From the NCBI GenBank assembly GCA_038884575.1, contig JAWABQ010000004.1:1-59397 (forward strand): 59,397 bases of DNA. The letters are read 5' to 3'. This document shows positions 45,501-55,900 of this stretch, piece after piece (within the stretch, counting starts at the first letter, position 1; each line of letters opens with the position of its first letter). A program made the translations under genes and the position numbers. This DNA is from Candidatus Woesearchaeota archaeon (GTDB lineage Archaea; Nanobdellota; Nanobdellia; Woesearchaeales; ARS49). The notes under the pieces were generated by a model. It had not been told where the DNA came from. It made no database searches and was given only the letters and a program-made list of their open reading frames with translations.

Positions 45501-48252
45501 GGCACGTGCTTTGCCCAAGCTCATCAAACGTGTCAAGGCCCTCGCCAAGGACTGTTCCAACGCCGCACGCGCTGCTCCAGTCCTTCTGGTACTGTATTCC
45601 GCAGCAGTTCGGGTGCGCAGGGTGCAAAAGCTTCTTGCAGTCCTCTTTTTTCGGGCCTGACGGGAAATTCACAGGGCTTTCCCCCTTTGCAATCTTGTAA
45701 AGCTCGCCTATGCCAAGCCTTCCCTTGTAAGTGCCGCTGGCGATTTCCTGCTGTACGTTGCGGAACTCAACGCTTTCCTCAGGAGGCTCCCCTCTTTTGG
45801 CAGCTTTTGCGCGCGCAGCTGCAAGCGCCTCAGACCCTGCAGACTCCCATGAAACACCTGAGTAAGTGGGGCTTATGTAATTGAATTCCTTGCCAGTAAA
45901 TGCGCAGTCATTGCCCGAGAATATCTGGTCTTTCACAGCCCATTTGGAATAAAATGCCTGGTCTGCTGCCTTTACACTGGCGCTTTCTGCAAGCGCAACC
46001 GCATTGCCTGCATTGTCCTTTATGTATGTTGCAAATGTCGGGGCGCTCGGGCACCCAACCCTGTCGCAGATTGCATTCATAACATTCATCTCAAACTTTT
46101 TGCGCGACTCAAGGACATTCTGGCACTTTGTGCAGGCCTCGCGGTCCCTTCCACCCGTCTTATCACTGCCGCCCCCTGATGACTTGTATGCCTGCTCGCA
46201 CATCCCTGCCTCTGCAACAGCCTTGTTGAACTTGTTAGCAACACTGCTGACATCGCAAGCCATCTTTTCAGAGAAATAATTATACATCATCCAGACAGCG
46301 CTTGCAAGGCAGCCGTAAAGCGCATACTCACCTATCGTGGTAAGCGGGTTAAGCACCTTGTCAATCAGGCTTATCATGTTGCCAAGCAGCTTAACCGTGT
46401 TCCTCAGCATGCCTTCGGGTATCACATCATTGGGTATTGTCTGGTCAATCGCGACCTCCACAGGTATGCAGATGTTCTGCACCCTTGTCTCTATCTTCGG
46501 CGTGACTATGGGCATCCTTGGGTCTGTTGGCTTGAGCTGGATTATTTCCTGGAACTGTATCCTCATCTGCAGGAACAGCTTAACACATCCTGTCCCTGGC
46601 ACAAGGCATTCGCCCCTGCGGTGACCTGACAATGCAACCTCTTTCTCATTTGAGCCGGCGCCCGGCTTGTCAGGCAGCGGGTCAACATTGGTGAACTGCA
46701 CCTGTATGTAGCCGATTGTGTCCTTCGGGCCTTTTGCGCGCGTAAACGAGCTTACCTGTATCCAGTCATGATCATAATCCTTGCTTGCATCAGCGGCAAG
46801 CGCAATGGGCCTGACATCAATCCTTCCAAGCTTTGCCTGATATCCGCCCACATAAGTGATATTGAAAGGAATCCCTATCTGCTGGATTCCCTGCACCATC
46901 AGCCTTGGCATAAGGATGTCAGGCAGGGCCTCGCCAACATTTGCAATCCACCAAGTGCCAGAGCCGCACAAAAGGAAGTCAACATCAACAGGGCCATAGC
47001 TTGCCTTGTTGCCTGAAAGGTCAACAGCCTCAAGCCTTATCTTGTTTGCCCAGCCCTCCCCTGCCTCAACAGTTGTCCTTTGCGCGCCTGTCTTTATGCG
47101 CACATCTGTCCTGAGCCTGACCTTTATGGAAAACGAGCCGTCAGGCTCTGTCACCTTGTGCTCAGAAGGGGTCTTTTCGTCATTTATGTAAACAAAAACA
47201 GTTGCCTGCTCATCAAGCCTGCCCTTTATTGTAATGTCAGGAATGTAAGACGGGCTTATGCTGCCAAGGTTTGTCTCCAAAAACCTGGGGCCAAGTGTGT
47301 CCATCAGCACGGTCTGCCTGATTGTCTGCCTGTTGCCTGCAGAATCCTCAAATATTATTTCAAGGTCATTTGCGCCCTGCGTAAGCGGGATTGTAAGCGA
47401 GAACGGGCTTCCTGCTGATGTAACCTGCCAGGGCGTCTCGCAGCTCAGGTTCACAGACTCAGGGAAAGGCGCAGTTGCATTTGACTTTCCTGACTTTGTT
47501 GAAGCCGCAAGCTCGGCTGAAGTGCCGATATTGCAGCTTGTGTCAACAGCAGAAACGCTGTAAGTGTACTGGCTTCCTGACTTGAGGCCTGTATCCCTGT
47601 AGCTTGGCAAAGACACTGCTGCAATGCGCTTGCCGCTGCGCTCAACAAGGTATTCCTTTATGTCTGCCGCGGTGCCAGGGTCCCATGCAAGCTCAATCGC
47701 ATCATCATCTGCCCTGTTCACGCGCAAATTATTGACGATGTCAGGAGGGACAGAGTCTGTCTTGTGGATGACTCTCCACTTTATTGTGACCTTTTCGCTC
47801 ACATCGCCTGAGACAGTGATGCTGTTGTTCTTTGTCGAGGCAGGGATTTCCCTGTCAAGCCTGACCACGGGCGGAGAGTTGTCAAACACAAGAGTGTACT
47901 CCTTTTGCGCAACCTGGTCATTCTTGTGCGCCTCAAGCCTTATCTTGTTCTCGCCCTGGACAACTGAAATGCTCGTAAACCTGAAGCTGCCATCTGCTGC
48001 TGCGTTTCCAACCCTTTGCCTCGCATTATTCACAAACACGTGCACTGCTGCAAGCGGCGCTGTCATGCCCTCAACAGTTATCACGGACGAATGCGAATAC
48101 TGGGGAATGCTTGCCTCTATGCCGAATGCTGCTGCGCCCTCAACAACCCATCCTGTAAGGGCATTTGCAGTGGCAAACGGCAGCATAACCACCAGCACTG
48201 CCATCATTGCCGCAGCCAGCTTACTCAAATTCAGGCCTGAGCGCATCGCCAT
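42520..48252 (-). CDS. Giant 1910-aa surface protein (Ig-like/Fn3 domains plus Cys-rich helical region)
   Basis: Signal peptide; GENKIRLEA, DSVPP..LAWD..YRDTGLKSGSQYTYSVSAVDTSCN Fn3; many Cys. Confidence 0.85.
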   Translation of the reverse strand: MAMRSGLNLSKLAAAMMAVLVVMLPFATANALTGWVVEGAAAFGIEASIPQYSHSSVITVEGMTAPLAAVHVFVNNARQRVGNAAADGSFRFTSISVVQGENKIRLEAHKNDQVAQKEYTLVFDNSPPVVRLDREIPASTKNNSITVSGDVSEKVTIKWRVIHKTDSVPPDIVNNLRVNRADDDAIELAWDPGTAADIKEYLVERSGKRIAAVSLPSYRDTGLKSGSQYTYSVSAVDTSCNIGTSAELAASTKSGKSNATAPFPESVNLSCETPWQVTSAGSPFSLTIPLTQGANDLEIIFEDSAGNRQTIRQTVLMDTLGPRFLETNLGSISPSYIPDITIKGRLDEQATVFVYINDEKTPSEHKVTEPDGSFSIKVRLRTDVRIKTGAQRTTVEAGEGWANKIRLEAVDLSGNKASYGPVDVDFLLCGSGTWWIANVGEALPDILMPRLMVQGIQQIGIPFNITYVGGYQAKLGRIDVRPIALAADASKDYDHDWIQVSSFTRAKGPKDTIGYIQVQFTNVDPLPDKPGAGSNEKEVALSGHRRGECLVPGTGCVKLFLQMRIQFQEIIQLKPTDPRMPIVTPKIETRVQNICIPVEVAIDQTIPNDVIPEGMLRNTVKLLGNMISLIDKVLNPLTTIGEYALYGCLASAVWMMYNYFSEKMACDVSSVANKFNKAVAEAGMCEQAYKSSGGGSDKTGGRDREACTKCQNVLESRKKFEMNVMNAICDRVGCPSAPTFATYIKDNAGNAVALAESASVKAADQAFYSKWAVKDQIFSGNDCAFTGKEFNYISPTYSGVSWESAGSEALAAARAKAAKRGEPPEESVEFRNVQQEIASGTYKGRLGIGELYKIAKGESPVNFPSGPKKEDCKKLLHPAHPNCCGIQYQKDWSSACGVGTVLGEGLDTFDELGQSTCLSAQQANSEDLAKLGCNQVWNAVAGFCESNTGEPEAQPVRVEARWEGPLPARPGADNNDVFLFVVPRNFTAGRLSFRSPSIAELGGGGTATGYSVYSGYVAKTVQFQGMSEQEAGVKKANQLTLRSGLTAALETDVTRCFEQQTSVKTQAGKTQEKLTEEAQIKCLYDALCEGSSPSGYTITPCQLSGNIRQAWKQVYEIVGTPEKTYIVEPKSGMLRSIQCICLPAVIGYLQMWRGVLNALHGCFSKILLTGEGSEGFCEAKLSGTICDLFYEVITCFTQKFNTPGVGMRLGLGGFDDVLSAITGAGTAVTKSINQRYGDSPLFRSLFSERKLVHAICIWAFTGTWDLNVRGLFQEQVEEMPLDTSAALTTCERTFISYDPTTDPSGLTTWAYRIAGGLIAGADVRYWLKLKCSPDFSCDLRDYPNGKCDCYGKEQVMTVSAPDLGTGLAKKYDFVSFDAPFVVSPQNSYANAGYRYDTAILEWEWMDPMTRQMRTGKAECSIRETGGAAPAFCALDAFSGKFRCLFGEQESGIKILSAKAVLPANQPAFALTDKLNFSLEIKQKISEDRRFQSQGRKFLTYEIRDAANRVVDGLLPDGTTKPLQITNEATSLPYELSTNGVYTKLVPEPGDDILGRFEVNEETIARHSITGARAAEPEQAIWPVISTKKFVTFINVKEGFNPAANNYTFLINFPEYGKPTAAESKYEVWQINPAAPKLEPDRNGYMRYAVGNVLASGYQSPDVPVNHVSFNMPGALTAAGVAQTVSVSIDFSRAEFNNVNALQLLVKYVPVKEGPVEQGCNPNTVVSWKAVFTLYDANSQGTQTDQISTDPETGEQQQKTVDFKVRCAKKEYVQSVMHTITELNEKPKGQVLLITYPNITANKDVTMTFVKLDSGESKWEYRAYQYAGDNYVALNASDVQKVAPIDIVSRYGSYKWEFQSAPAAAPAAPAPAAAKTCAELNGTCGIPRDDCITQGYESLEAADCECCKMTR

Positions 48253-50194
48253 ACCCTCCCTCCATTATGAACTCCATCATGTTAAGCTTTTGCTCATCTG
48301 TTATTGATGTGGGCAGATACTCAACAAGGTGGATTATTATTGTTGATTTGCCTGCAATGTCAGTATAAGGAATCCTGACAAGCTGCGCATTATACCCGCC
48401 AATCTGGTTGTTGCGCAGCATAAGCATTGCATCAATGTCATAATAAGCATCATCAAGCACCAACTGCAAGGTCTCATTTGAAGTTGGGAAGCCGACAAAC
48501 TGGTCAAATGTGCTGTTCACAAGGCTGAGCGCAACAGACACCCTTTCGCTTTCCTTCAGCTGCCTTGGAGCGCCCCAAGTCTTTGTCTCGCCATGGTACG
48601 GGTGCACGACAAACTTCATGCTCATATCCTGCAGTTTTTTCATCGGAATCGCAACACTATCCCCCCTCAGCTGCGCTGTTGCCGGCAGATACCCTTCTTT
48701 TGAAGCAGTGATGAACGGGTTTGCACACCCCCTCGGCAAATAAGTTGAAAGCCTGTAAATTCCGCCCTCTGCAGATGTTGTGCCGAGCTCGCATTCCTGG
48801 TCAAGGCACCTGTAAGTGAGCTTCACGTCAGGCATTTCCATAAGGATGTTTGTGCCCTCAAGCTGGCCAATGGCACTGATTTCATACAATTTGTCGCCAT
48901 ATGTCATGCAGAACTCAGGCGCCCCAAAGTCAATGCTCTGGAACCTCCTCAGGCCGAATGCAACCCTTTCAGGCGAGTTCTGGTTGATAAGGACAGGGAA
49001 AGCAAACTGGAACACAAACCCCTGGCCATTGAATGCAGAATCATCGCGTATTGACGCCTTAATGCTGTAAATTATGTCATAAACAAAATGCCACTGGTTG
49101 ATGCACAACAGCCTCAAGTACTTGCCAACGCCCCTTCCAGCATTTGACTTCAGCAAAGCGCCGTCATTTGGCTGGGCATTGAGCTGGATGCCCCACGCAG
49201 GCTGGTACTCAAAGCCAATCTTCAGGTCAGTGGGCTTTATGCCAACATCATAAAAGAACTTGAAGTACTGGTATGCGTCCTGCGGAGCTTGTGTTCTTGG
49301 GGGCTTCATGTCCTGACCCTGCTCAAGCTCTTTTGTCATGCGCAAATAATCCTTGTGCAAAGCCTCATAAACGCCCTGCTTCTGCGTGAACGGGAAAAAG
49401 TCAGTGTTCTTGATGCGCGTTGTCGGAATATTGTAGTAAAGCAAAGTCTGCAGCCTGTCCCGAACTTCAGGCAGCCTCCAGCGCTTAACTCCGCACTCGA
49501 TTGTCAGGCCATCAAGAGGGATGTTTTCGCCGTCAGCAGCCATCAGGTCAATTGTAGCATTCTCAAAAAAGGAATGCCTGTTCTCGGCTGACATTGTCGC
49601 ATTTGCAAGCTCCCAAATCCGGCCAAGCCGCACAGGCAGCCGCACAACAAACTCAGGTATTGTCGTGGTCCTTGTGCCTGTTGTCAGGGCAATAGGCCAC
49701 GAAATCCTCAAAATCACCTCGTCTTTTGCAATAATTGCCCTTGTGCTTATGTTGCCCTCCTCCTGTATGGAGTACTGGTCCCTGAACGGCTCAAATTCAC
49801 CCACGCATTCCCTCAGCCTTAGCGTGACATACCTTGAGATCTCGCGCTCCATGTAGCCAATGCTTGGAGTGCGGTCCTCGCCCTCATAATACCACAACGG
49901 CACCTTGAAGTAGTTTGCAGAATCAGCAGGGATGTATGCAGTCGGAGTCCTGTCAATAATCCCTGGCAGTTCAATAAAGCCGCCCTGAAGCCCAAGCAGG
50001 CCGATGCCCTCGCGCGCAACCTCATTTGCGCAGCCATCCACGTAATTGTAAAACGGCCTCACATCCTCAGGGACAACAATTGCCTCCTCAACAGGCTTCA
50101 TCACCTGCCTTGTTGTCAAATAAACAACAAGCGAGACGCTGACCAGCAAAACAAGGCCGATGATGATGAACACTGTCAGCTGGCCTTTTTTCAT
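48221..50194 (-). CDS. Large class III signal-peptide (pilin-like) protein
   Basis: MKKG/QLTVFIIIGLVLL; YVDGC..LGLQGG; paralog of 56062-58233. Confidence 0.85.
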   Translation of the reverse strand: MKKGQLTVFIIIGLVLLVSVSLVVYLTTRQVMKPVEEAIVVPEDVRPFYNYVDGCANEVAREGIGLLGLQGGFIELPGIIDRTPTAYIPADSANYFKVPLWYYEGEDRTPSIGYMEREISRYVTLRLRECVGEFEPFRDQYSIQEEGNISTRAIIAKDEVILRISWPIALTTGTRTTTIPEFVVRLPVRLGRIWELANATMSAENRHSFFENATIDLMAADGENIPLDGLTIECGVKRWRLPEVRDRLQTLLYYNIPTTRIKNTDFFPFTQKQGVYEALHKDYLRMTKELEQGQDMKPPRTQAPQDAYQYFKFFYDVGIKPTDLKIGFEYQPAWGIQLNAQPNDGALLKSNAGRGVGKYLRLLCINQWHFVYDIIYSIKASIRDDSAFNGQGFVFQFAFPVLINQNSPERVAFGLRRFQSIDFGAPEFCMTYGDKLYEISAIGQLEGTNILMEMPDVKLTYRCLDQECELGTTSAEGGIYRLSTYLPRGCANPFITASKEGYLPATAQLRGDSVAIPMKKLQDMSMKFVVHPYHGETKTWGAPRQLKESERVSVALSLVNSTFDQFVGFPTSNETLQLVLDDAYYDIDAMLMLRNNQIGGYNAQLVRIPYTDIAGKSTIIIHLVEYLPTSITDEQKLNMMEFIMEGGYGDALRPEFE

Positions 50195-51072
50195 TGTTCA
50201 AGCCTCCTGAGGGTGTTTCTCATGCACGTCCTGTACCATGCCATGAATGCAAAATAAACAATGAACGAGACCGCCAGTGCAGCCTTGTCCTGCACAAGCC
50301 GCGGAAGCTGGATAAGCACCACATAAACAATAAAAAAGTAGCAGTACGGGTGGACAAAGCTGATTATGCTGCCAAGCCCTGTGCCAAAAGCATCCTTCAG
50401 CGCAATTCCAATCGCGCGGTTTTTCGTGTATGAATAATGCAGGACTGTGGTGATATGGGTATAAAGCAGCATCATGATTATGAAAAGGTATGCGCCTGTA
50501 ACCTGCCTGGCATTTGCAAGCAAAAGCACCATAAACCCGAACCAGACAGTGCACCAGGCAATGCTGATTCCAAACATTCGCGCAAGGAATGACAGCCTGG
50601 CGCGCTTTCCAAGCAAAACAAGCCAGATGAGGGAGCGTGCAACAGAATACAGCGCAACAAAAATCAGCCAGAATATTATGACAGCAATTATTGCCTTCAT
50701 AAACACATTTCCAATTATGTCATTATAAGTGGTTAGCATCTCCTCAGTGAGCGTGGCTCCAACCTGGATTGGCTCAAGAGCCGCAATGTTCCTCATCATC
50801 ACAGCATACAATGCAAAGCCAAGGAGCACAACAAGGACAACAAATGCAGCATCAATGAACATCACCAGAACAAAATCCTTTTTCAGCCTGAACGAGCCAA
50901 GAAAAGCCCTGAACTGCCTTATTGCATATTCCTTGTTGCTGAACAGCAATACAAGCCCTGCAATTGCAATAAGCGCAGCCTGAACATAGCCCCTTTTGTA
51001 GGACAGGACTGCAATTATTACAAGAACCAATCCGATTATCCGCGGCATTGTGACAATCTCCTTTGGTTTCAT
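50191..51072 (-). CDS. Multi-pass membrane protein
   Basis: About 7-8 TMs; ATGA overlaps on both sides. Confidence 0.78.
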   Translation of the reverse strand: MKPKEIVTMPRIIGLVLVIIAVLSYKRGYVQAALIAIAGLVLLFSNKEYAIRQFRAFLGSFRLKKDFVLVMFIDAAFVVLVVLLGFALYAVMMRNIAALEPIQVGATLTEEMLTTYNDIIGNVFMKAIIAVIIFWLIFVALYSVARSLIWLVLLGKRARLSFLARMFGISIAWCTVWFGFMVLLLANARQVTGAYLFIIMMLLYTHITTVLHYSYTKNRAIGIALKDAFGTGLGSIISFVHPYCYFFIVYVVLIQLPRLVQDKAALAVSFIVYFAFMAWYRTCMRNTLRRLEQ

Positions 51073-52940
51073 ACGTTTGCCCCCGGTCCTGATGGCTGCG
51101 CCGGCGTGCCTGTAGTTCCTGATGCTGTCTGGCTTGTTGTGGTGTACGGAGTTGTTGCACCGCCAGCATACTGGACTATGTCATTGCACACCTTGTCTTT
51201 TTCATTGCCTTCAAAGTCTGTTATGCCAGGGTCAAACAAAATGCAGACCCTGCCATAATTGTGCATTGAAACCTTGTACAAAGCTGATGCGCCGACTGCA
51301 CTTGCAGACATTTCCCCAGGCAGCACCTGGGCAGTATCCCACCATGATACTGTCCGCTCTCCGCCAAAGACAATGTTGTAAGTCATTTCCTCTTCTGTGC
51401 TCGGATTTGTCAGCCCAAAAGTGACAGTGTACGCCCAGTAAGTTGCATTGGGCGTGATTATCGGCATTGAGCGCCTGCCTTCTATGTGTGCAATTGCCTT
51501 TGGAGGCGCGCCAAGGCCGCCTGTGTAAAGTATGCCGTCGCGCGAAGGAATTATCTCGCTGTACCTGCCGCATATTCTTGAAGCCCAGCAGTCAATGCCG
51601 CCAAGGACAATTGTGTCACAGAAGAACTTGTTCACGCTTGTGCTCCACTTGTCCAAGAAATCCTCATCAAAAATCAGCGATGACCAGCCGGCAAGGCCTG
51701 CATACTGGCGGTACTGCTGTACAAAGATCCCAAGATACGCAGGGGAATATTTTTCGTGCTCAGAGGCATACATCTGGTCAAGCGCATTGATGTCCTCCTC
51801 GCTCGTGATAATATTTCCCTCGCCATCATAATAAATGCGGTCTCCGCCCATTGTCAGCTGCACGCGGACATTCCCAAGGAATGTGTTTGGAAGGGTGTAT
51901 TCTGTCACTTTTTGTGTTGAAGGCGTTACTGTTCCTGCAACAGGCGCAGGCGCTGGTGCTTCAGGCTTTGGCTCCTCTGGCTTTACTGCATCAGCAGACT
52001 CCTGCATTTTGTTCATCGTGTCAGGATATAATACCTTAAGAGCCTTTACTTGTTCATCACTAAGCTTTGTGCTGCCCTCATAATAAACATAATCCCCATC
52101 ATCTTCGCTCCACACCATTGTGACAGAATTCACATCAATACCCCTTGCAGCCTCTTGCGCAGCCCCAAAACTCATCACTTCTTCCTCTGCTGCAGCAGGC
52201 AGGGCTGCCGGCGGCGGCAGTGCCGCAGCTGCCGGAGCAGGGGCTTTTGGCGCTGGCTGCGCAGCAGGCTCCACCTGCCATGATGTCCATTGAGTTTCTG
52301 ATGAAAACCTTCCTGCCAGTTCAGGCGAGGTGTACTTATAACCGCCAGAAATCCCTTCAGGATCCTTGCCAGGCAGCTGCTTTCCTGTTAATTGCCACAG
52401 GTCACCCTCTACCCGCGTATACTCCCACTTTGTTCCAGAGCTGTCAGTTGCCCATATCCTGCTGCCTGTATCCATCCCTGCCATGTCCTCCATTTGCGGC
52501 GGAGTTTCTGTGACAGGCGGCGCACCTGGCTCTACAGTTGCTGCAGGCGGTATTATTTGCCCTGGCGCCATTGTCATAGGCGCTGGTACCAAAAGCGCTG
52601 CAATATTTGCAGGCAAGCCTGAAGGATCTGGATATGACCACGCAACTGTTTTGCCTGGCCCTGTGCCCTCTTGGACAATCTGGTCTGATGTTAATACTGC
52701 TTGCGAATTTGCAGGAAGCGGAATAAAATCTTCACCCATGCCCTGCCTTCGTGTTGCCAGGCGCTTCCAGGAGTCAGGGCCTATTTTTTGGTACAGGTTG
52801 TCAGAGCCAATGTTCGTGTCGGTTATCAAAACCACACCTATGTGCCGGACTTGCAATTCATTGGCAGTATTTTCTGCGCCAACAGTAAGGTTCATGCTGA
52901 CCAGCATTACAATGACTGCGATTATTGGAAGATTTTTCAT
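51069..52940 (-). CDS. Secreted protein with Pro/Ala linkers and Cys-containing C-terminal domain
   Basis: Signal peptide; repeated DGDYVYYEG / GDRIYYDG modules; ATGA overlaps. Confidence 0.78.
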   Translation of the reverse strand: MKNLPIIAVIVMLVSMNLTVGAENTANELQVRHIGVVLITDTNIGSDNLYQKIGPDSWKRLATRRQGMGEDFIPLPANSQAVLTSDQIVQEGTGPGKTVAWSYPDPSGLPANIAALLVPAPMTMAPGQIIPPAATVEPGAPPVTETPPQMEDMAGMDTGSRIWATDSSGTKWEYTRVEGDLWQLTGKQLPGKDPEGISGGYKYTSPELAGRFSSETQWTSWQVEPAAQPAPKAPAPAAAALPPPAALPAAAEEEVMSFGAAQEAARGIDVNSVTMVWSEDDGDYVYYEGSTKLSDEQVKALKVLYPDTMNKMQESADAVKPEEPKPEAPAPAPVAGTVTPSTQKVTEYTLPNTFLGNVRVQLTMGGDRIYYDGEGNIITSEEDINALDQMYASEHEKYSPAYLGIFVQQYRQYAGLAGWSSLIFDEDFLDKWSTSVNKFFCDTIVLGGIDCWASRICGRYSEIIPSRDGILYTGGLGAPPKAIAHIEGRRSMPIITPNATYWAYTVTFGLTNPSTEEEMTYNIVFGGERTVSWWDTAQVLPGEMSASAVGASALYKVSMHNYGRVCILFDPGITDFEGNEKDKVCNDIVQYAGGATTPYTTTSQTASGTTGTPAQPSGPGANV

Positions 52941-55900
52941 GTTGCCTTTTCTGCCTCGTACTCGTCAAGCTTGTCCTCAAACTCCTCACACCACGTGTCG
53001 CTGACAAGCCCCACATCTGCTATTGACTGGAAGCTCTTGATTATGTTCACTGTCCTGCCAAGCTCAGAGACAATCCTTGCGCCTGCGCACATATTGTAAA
53101 GCAATCCTGGCATCTGCTGCGCCTTGCACGCAAGGCCGCACACGATTGACAGCGCAGCGCCAACAAGCGCCAATGGGTTTGAAAGCACTTCTTTCAGCAT
53201 GTTAAGGAAGAAACTAAGCAAAGGAGCAAACGGAATCAGGTTGAAAATCTCCCCTGTAATAAACCTGCATTCCATGTAGTGCTTTTGGTCGCTGCAAACG
53301 CTGACAGGCATGCCGTTTTCCCTGAAGTCCTCAAGCATGCAGAGCCCATAGCGGCATTCTATCTGCCTCCACTTGTCAATATTGTGGATTATTCCGGGCA
53401 GGCACAATGGCGGGATTGCAATGCTGAACACAAGGCTTTCCCTGATGTTAAAGTACGTATATGGGTCCTGTATTGGCACATCCTGGCCTGGCGTGTATGT
53501 TGATACCTGTCCTGCGCCAATTGCGTCTGCAAGCCCAAACCCGCCAATGTAAGCATTGACATAATTCCTGTAATCAGTCGTGTCAACCCCGAACAGGTCA
53601 AGCAGGCCGCTCTGGCAGGTCAGGAAGTTGCAGAACTTCTGAACCCACCTCAGTATTTCAGTGTCATACATTTTGCGCAGGCTTTCATTGGGGCTGCATA
53701 TTGCGTTCTGGGTGCCAACCATTCCCTGCGCGATTGCAGGGCCAACAATCGGTATTGCCCTGACCACTGCCTCTGCGCCGGAAATGAAGCTGAGGATAAT
53801 GGCAATGGTAGAGATGATTGACATTATTGAGTTTGCAATCGTGCAGATTTTTTCCGCATACGACATGTACTTCTCAAGCTTGCCTATGGTCTTCCACGCA
53901 CCCTCAAGCCTGTTTTTTGCATCATCAATGTCATCTTCAATGCTGTTGTACAAATCACCAAGCGGCATGTTGTAAAACCTGAGGGTGATTGTTGCATTGT
54001 CATGCTCAAAGTTCTGCGGGATGAAATTGCCAACCCTTGTAAGGATTGAAAGCGGGCAGGAAACAGTGAGGTTGTTCACATTGTAATCGCCTGCCACAAG
54101 CCCCATTACTGCGTAAGGCTCTGTGCTTCCTGCATAATTGTTCTCAACCCTGAACTCATTTACGTATTCCGTATTGCCTGTGCATTCGCTGAAATCAGCA
54201 GGGCCCTCAACGCTTATTGGCACAGCATTCTTGTTTGTGCTCGCCATCTTTATCCTGCAATACACAGGATGCTCAAACACAGAAAGCGTTGCGCGGTCAA
54301 GCAGTTCTGGCGAGCATTCGGTTGATACTGACCAGTAGTTTGGCGCTGTCTCATTACTTATGCCCAGTATGAACAATTCAGAAGTGCTGAGCTCAGCCTT
54401 GTTTCCTGCAGCATCCTTGAACTCAAAGCTCACTTTTGTCTGCTGCGGGCCTGAGACAGCGGTTGTTATGCTGAAAACGCACTGTTTTTTGGTTGCATTG
54501 CCCTCGCACCTTTCAGGCAGGGTATTTTTTGCGCCGCCAAGGTCAGTCAGGTCTGCAAACACCTCAGTGAACCCTGCGCCCTCAACAACAAACTCAATTG
54601 TCTCGCCAAGCGAGGTGACATTTGTCTTGATGCGCTGCTGCCCCCTGAATGCCGCAATCTCTGCAAGCCTCACGCCTTCAGGCGCTGTCTTGTCAAATGT
54701 GACATTCAGCTGCATTGTTTTTGAAACCTGGTTGTTGATGTTGTCGCGCGTTGTTGGAATGATTCTGACAGCATAAGTGCCGCTGTTTACAGACGGCTTG
54801 ACGCTCCAGAGGCATTTCCAGCTGTCTGTTCCTGACTTTTCGCAAATATCTGCCTTTGCTTCTGCATTAAGCCCAAGACTGCGCAGGTCAAGGAATGCAT
54901 TGCCCTTGCTCAGCCCAGAGCCTGCCTCCTTGAATTCTGCAAAAATCGTGCCATTGACCCCAAGCAGGGCATTGCCTGCCTCGTCCACAAACAGGGTGCC
55001 CATTGCAACAGGCTCAGGGGGAGTGTCGTCAATGCCTATTGTGCACGTGAGGGTCTTTGTCTCCTTGTTGCCCATCATGTCAGATGCATTGACTGTGATT
55101 TGGCATGTTGACGGCGATGAAACCGCTATGTTGCGCCAGATGAACCATTCGCCGCTCTGGCTGTCCTTGGGCCTCCTGCCCAGCGAGGGGTTTAGCTTGC
55201 TAAGGTCTGCATAAACAGTTGACGGGTTGACGTCGACATCAGAAATTTTGACAAACACGTCTGCTGCAATTGGCTGCTGGCTCCTTGCGTAAGCGATGGG
55301 ATAGCCTTCCTTGTCGCGCAGCTCAAATACCTCTGCAGACGGCTTCCTTGAGTCAATCAGGATGTCCCTGCACACAGGAGCGCTTTTGTGGTTGACATGG
55401 TCTGTTGCAACAGCGCAGATGCTCAGCCTGCCTGACTGGCCTGTTATCTGCGGGGTGAATGCAAATGTCCCTGTCCTGCTGCAGTTGCCCACGCTTGAGG
55501 CAATCTGCGCAATTTCTGTATTGTTTGCAGTGATGTTAAGCAGCTTTATTCCTGAGCAGCCTGTTGTCTTGCCTGTCTCATACCCATAATCCTCAACCTT
55601 GTACGTGATTGTGGTCGGCAGGGGCTTTGTGCTCATATTCGGGCTTATGCCGAACGAGACAATTTTCGGCGCAAGGATGTCAACAGTCAGGACTTTGCTG
55701 ACAGATGCGATTTCCTTGTTTGCAGAATCAAGCAGCTTTATTGTGTAATCGTCGCTGCCGCCATAAACAAGGTCTCTTGTCTTGTAAGTGCACTGCTGCA
55801 TTGCCTGTGCCTGCGCAGTGCAGGAGTCCATGAACGTGTACGTGTCGCCGTAATAAACAAGCGCCCTCTGGCGCGCAACAGCAGGGGTTGGGTTGCCCAG

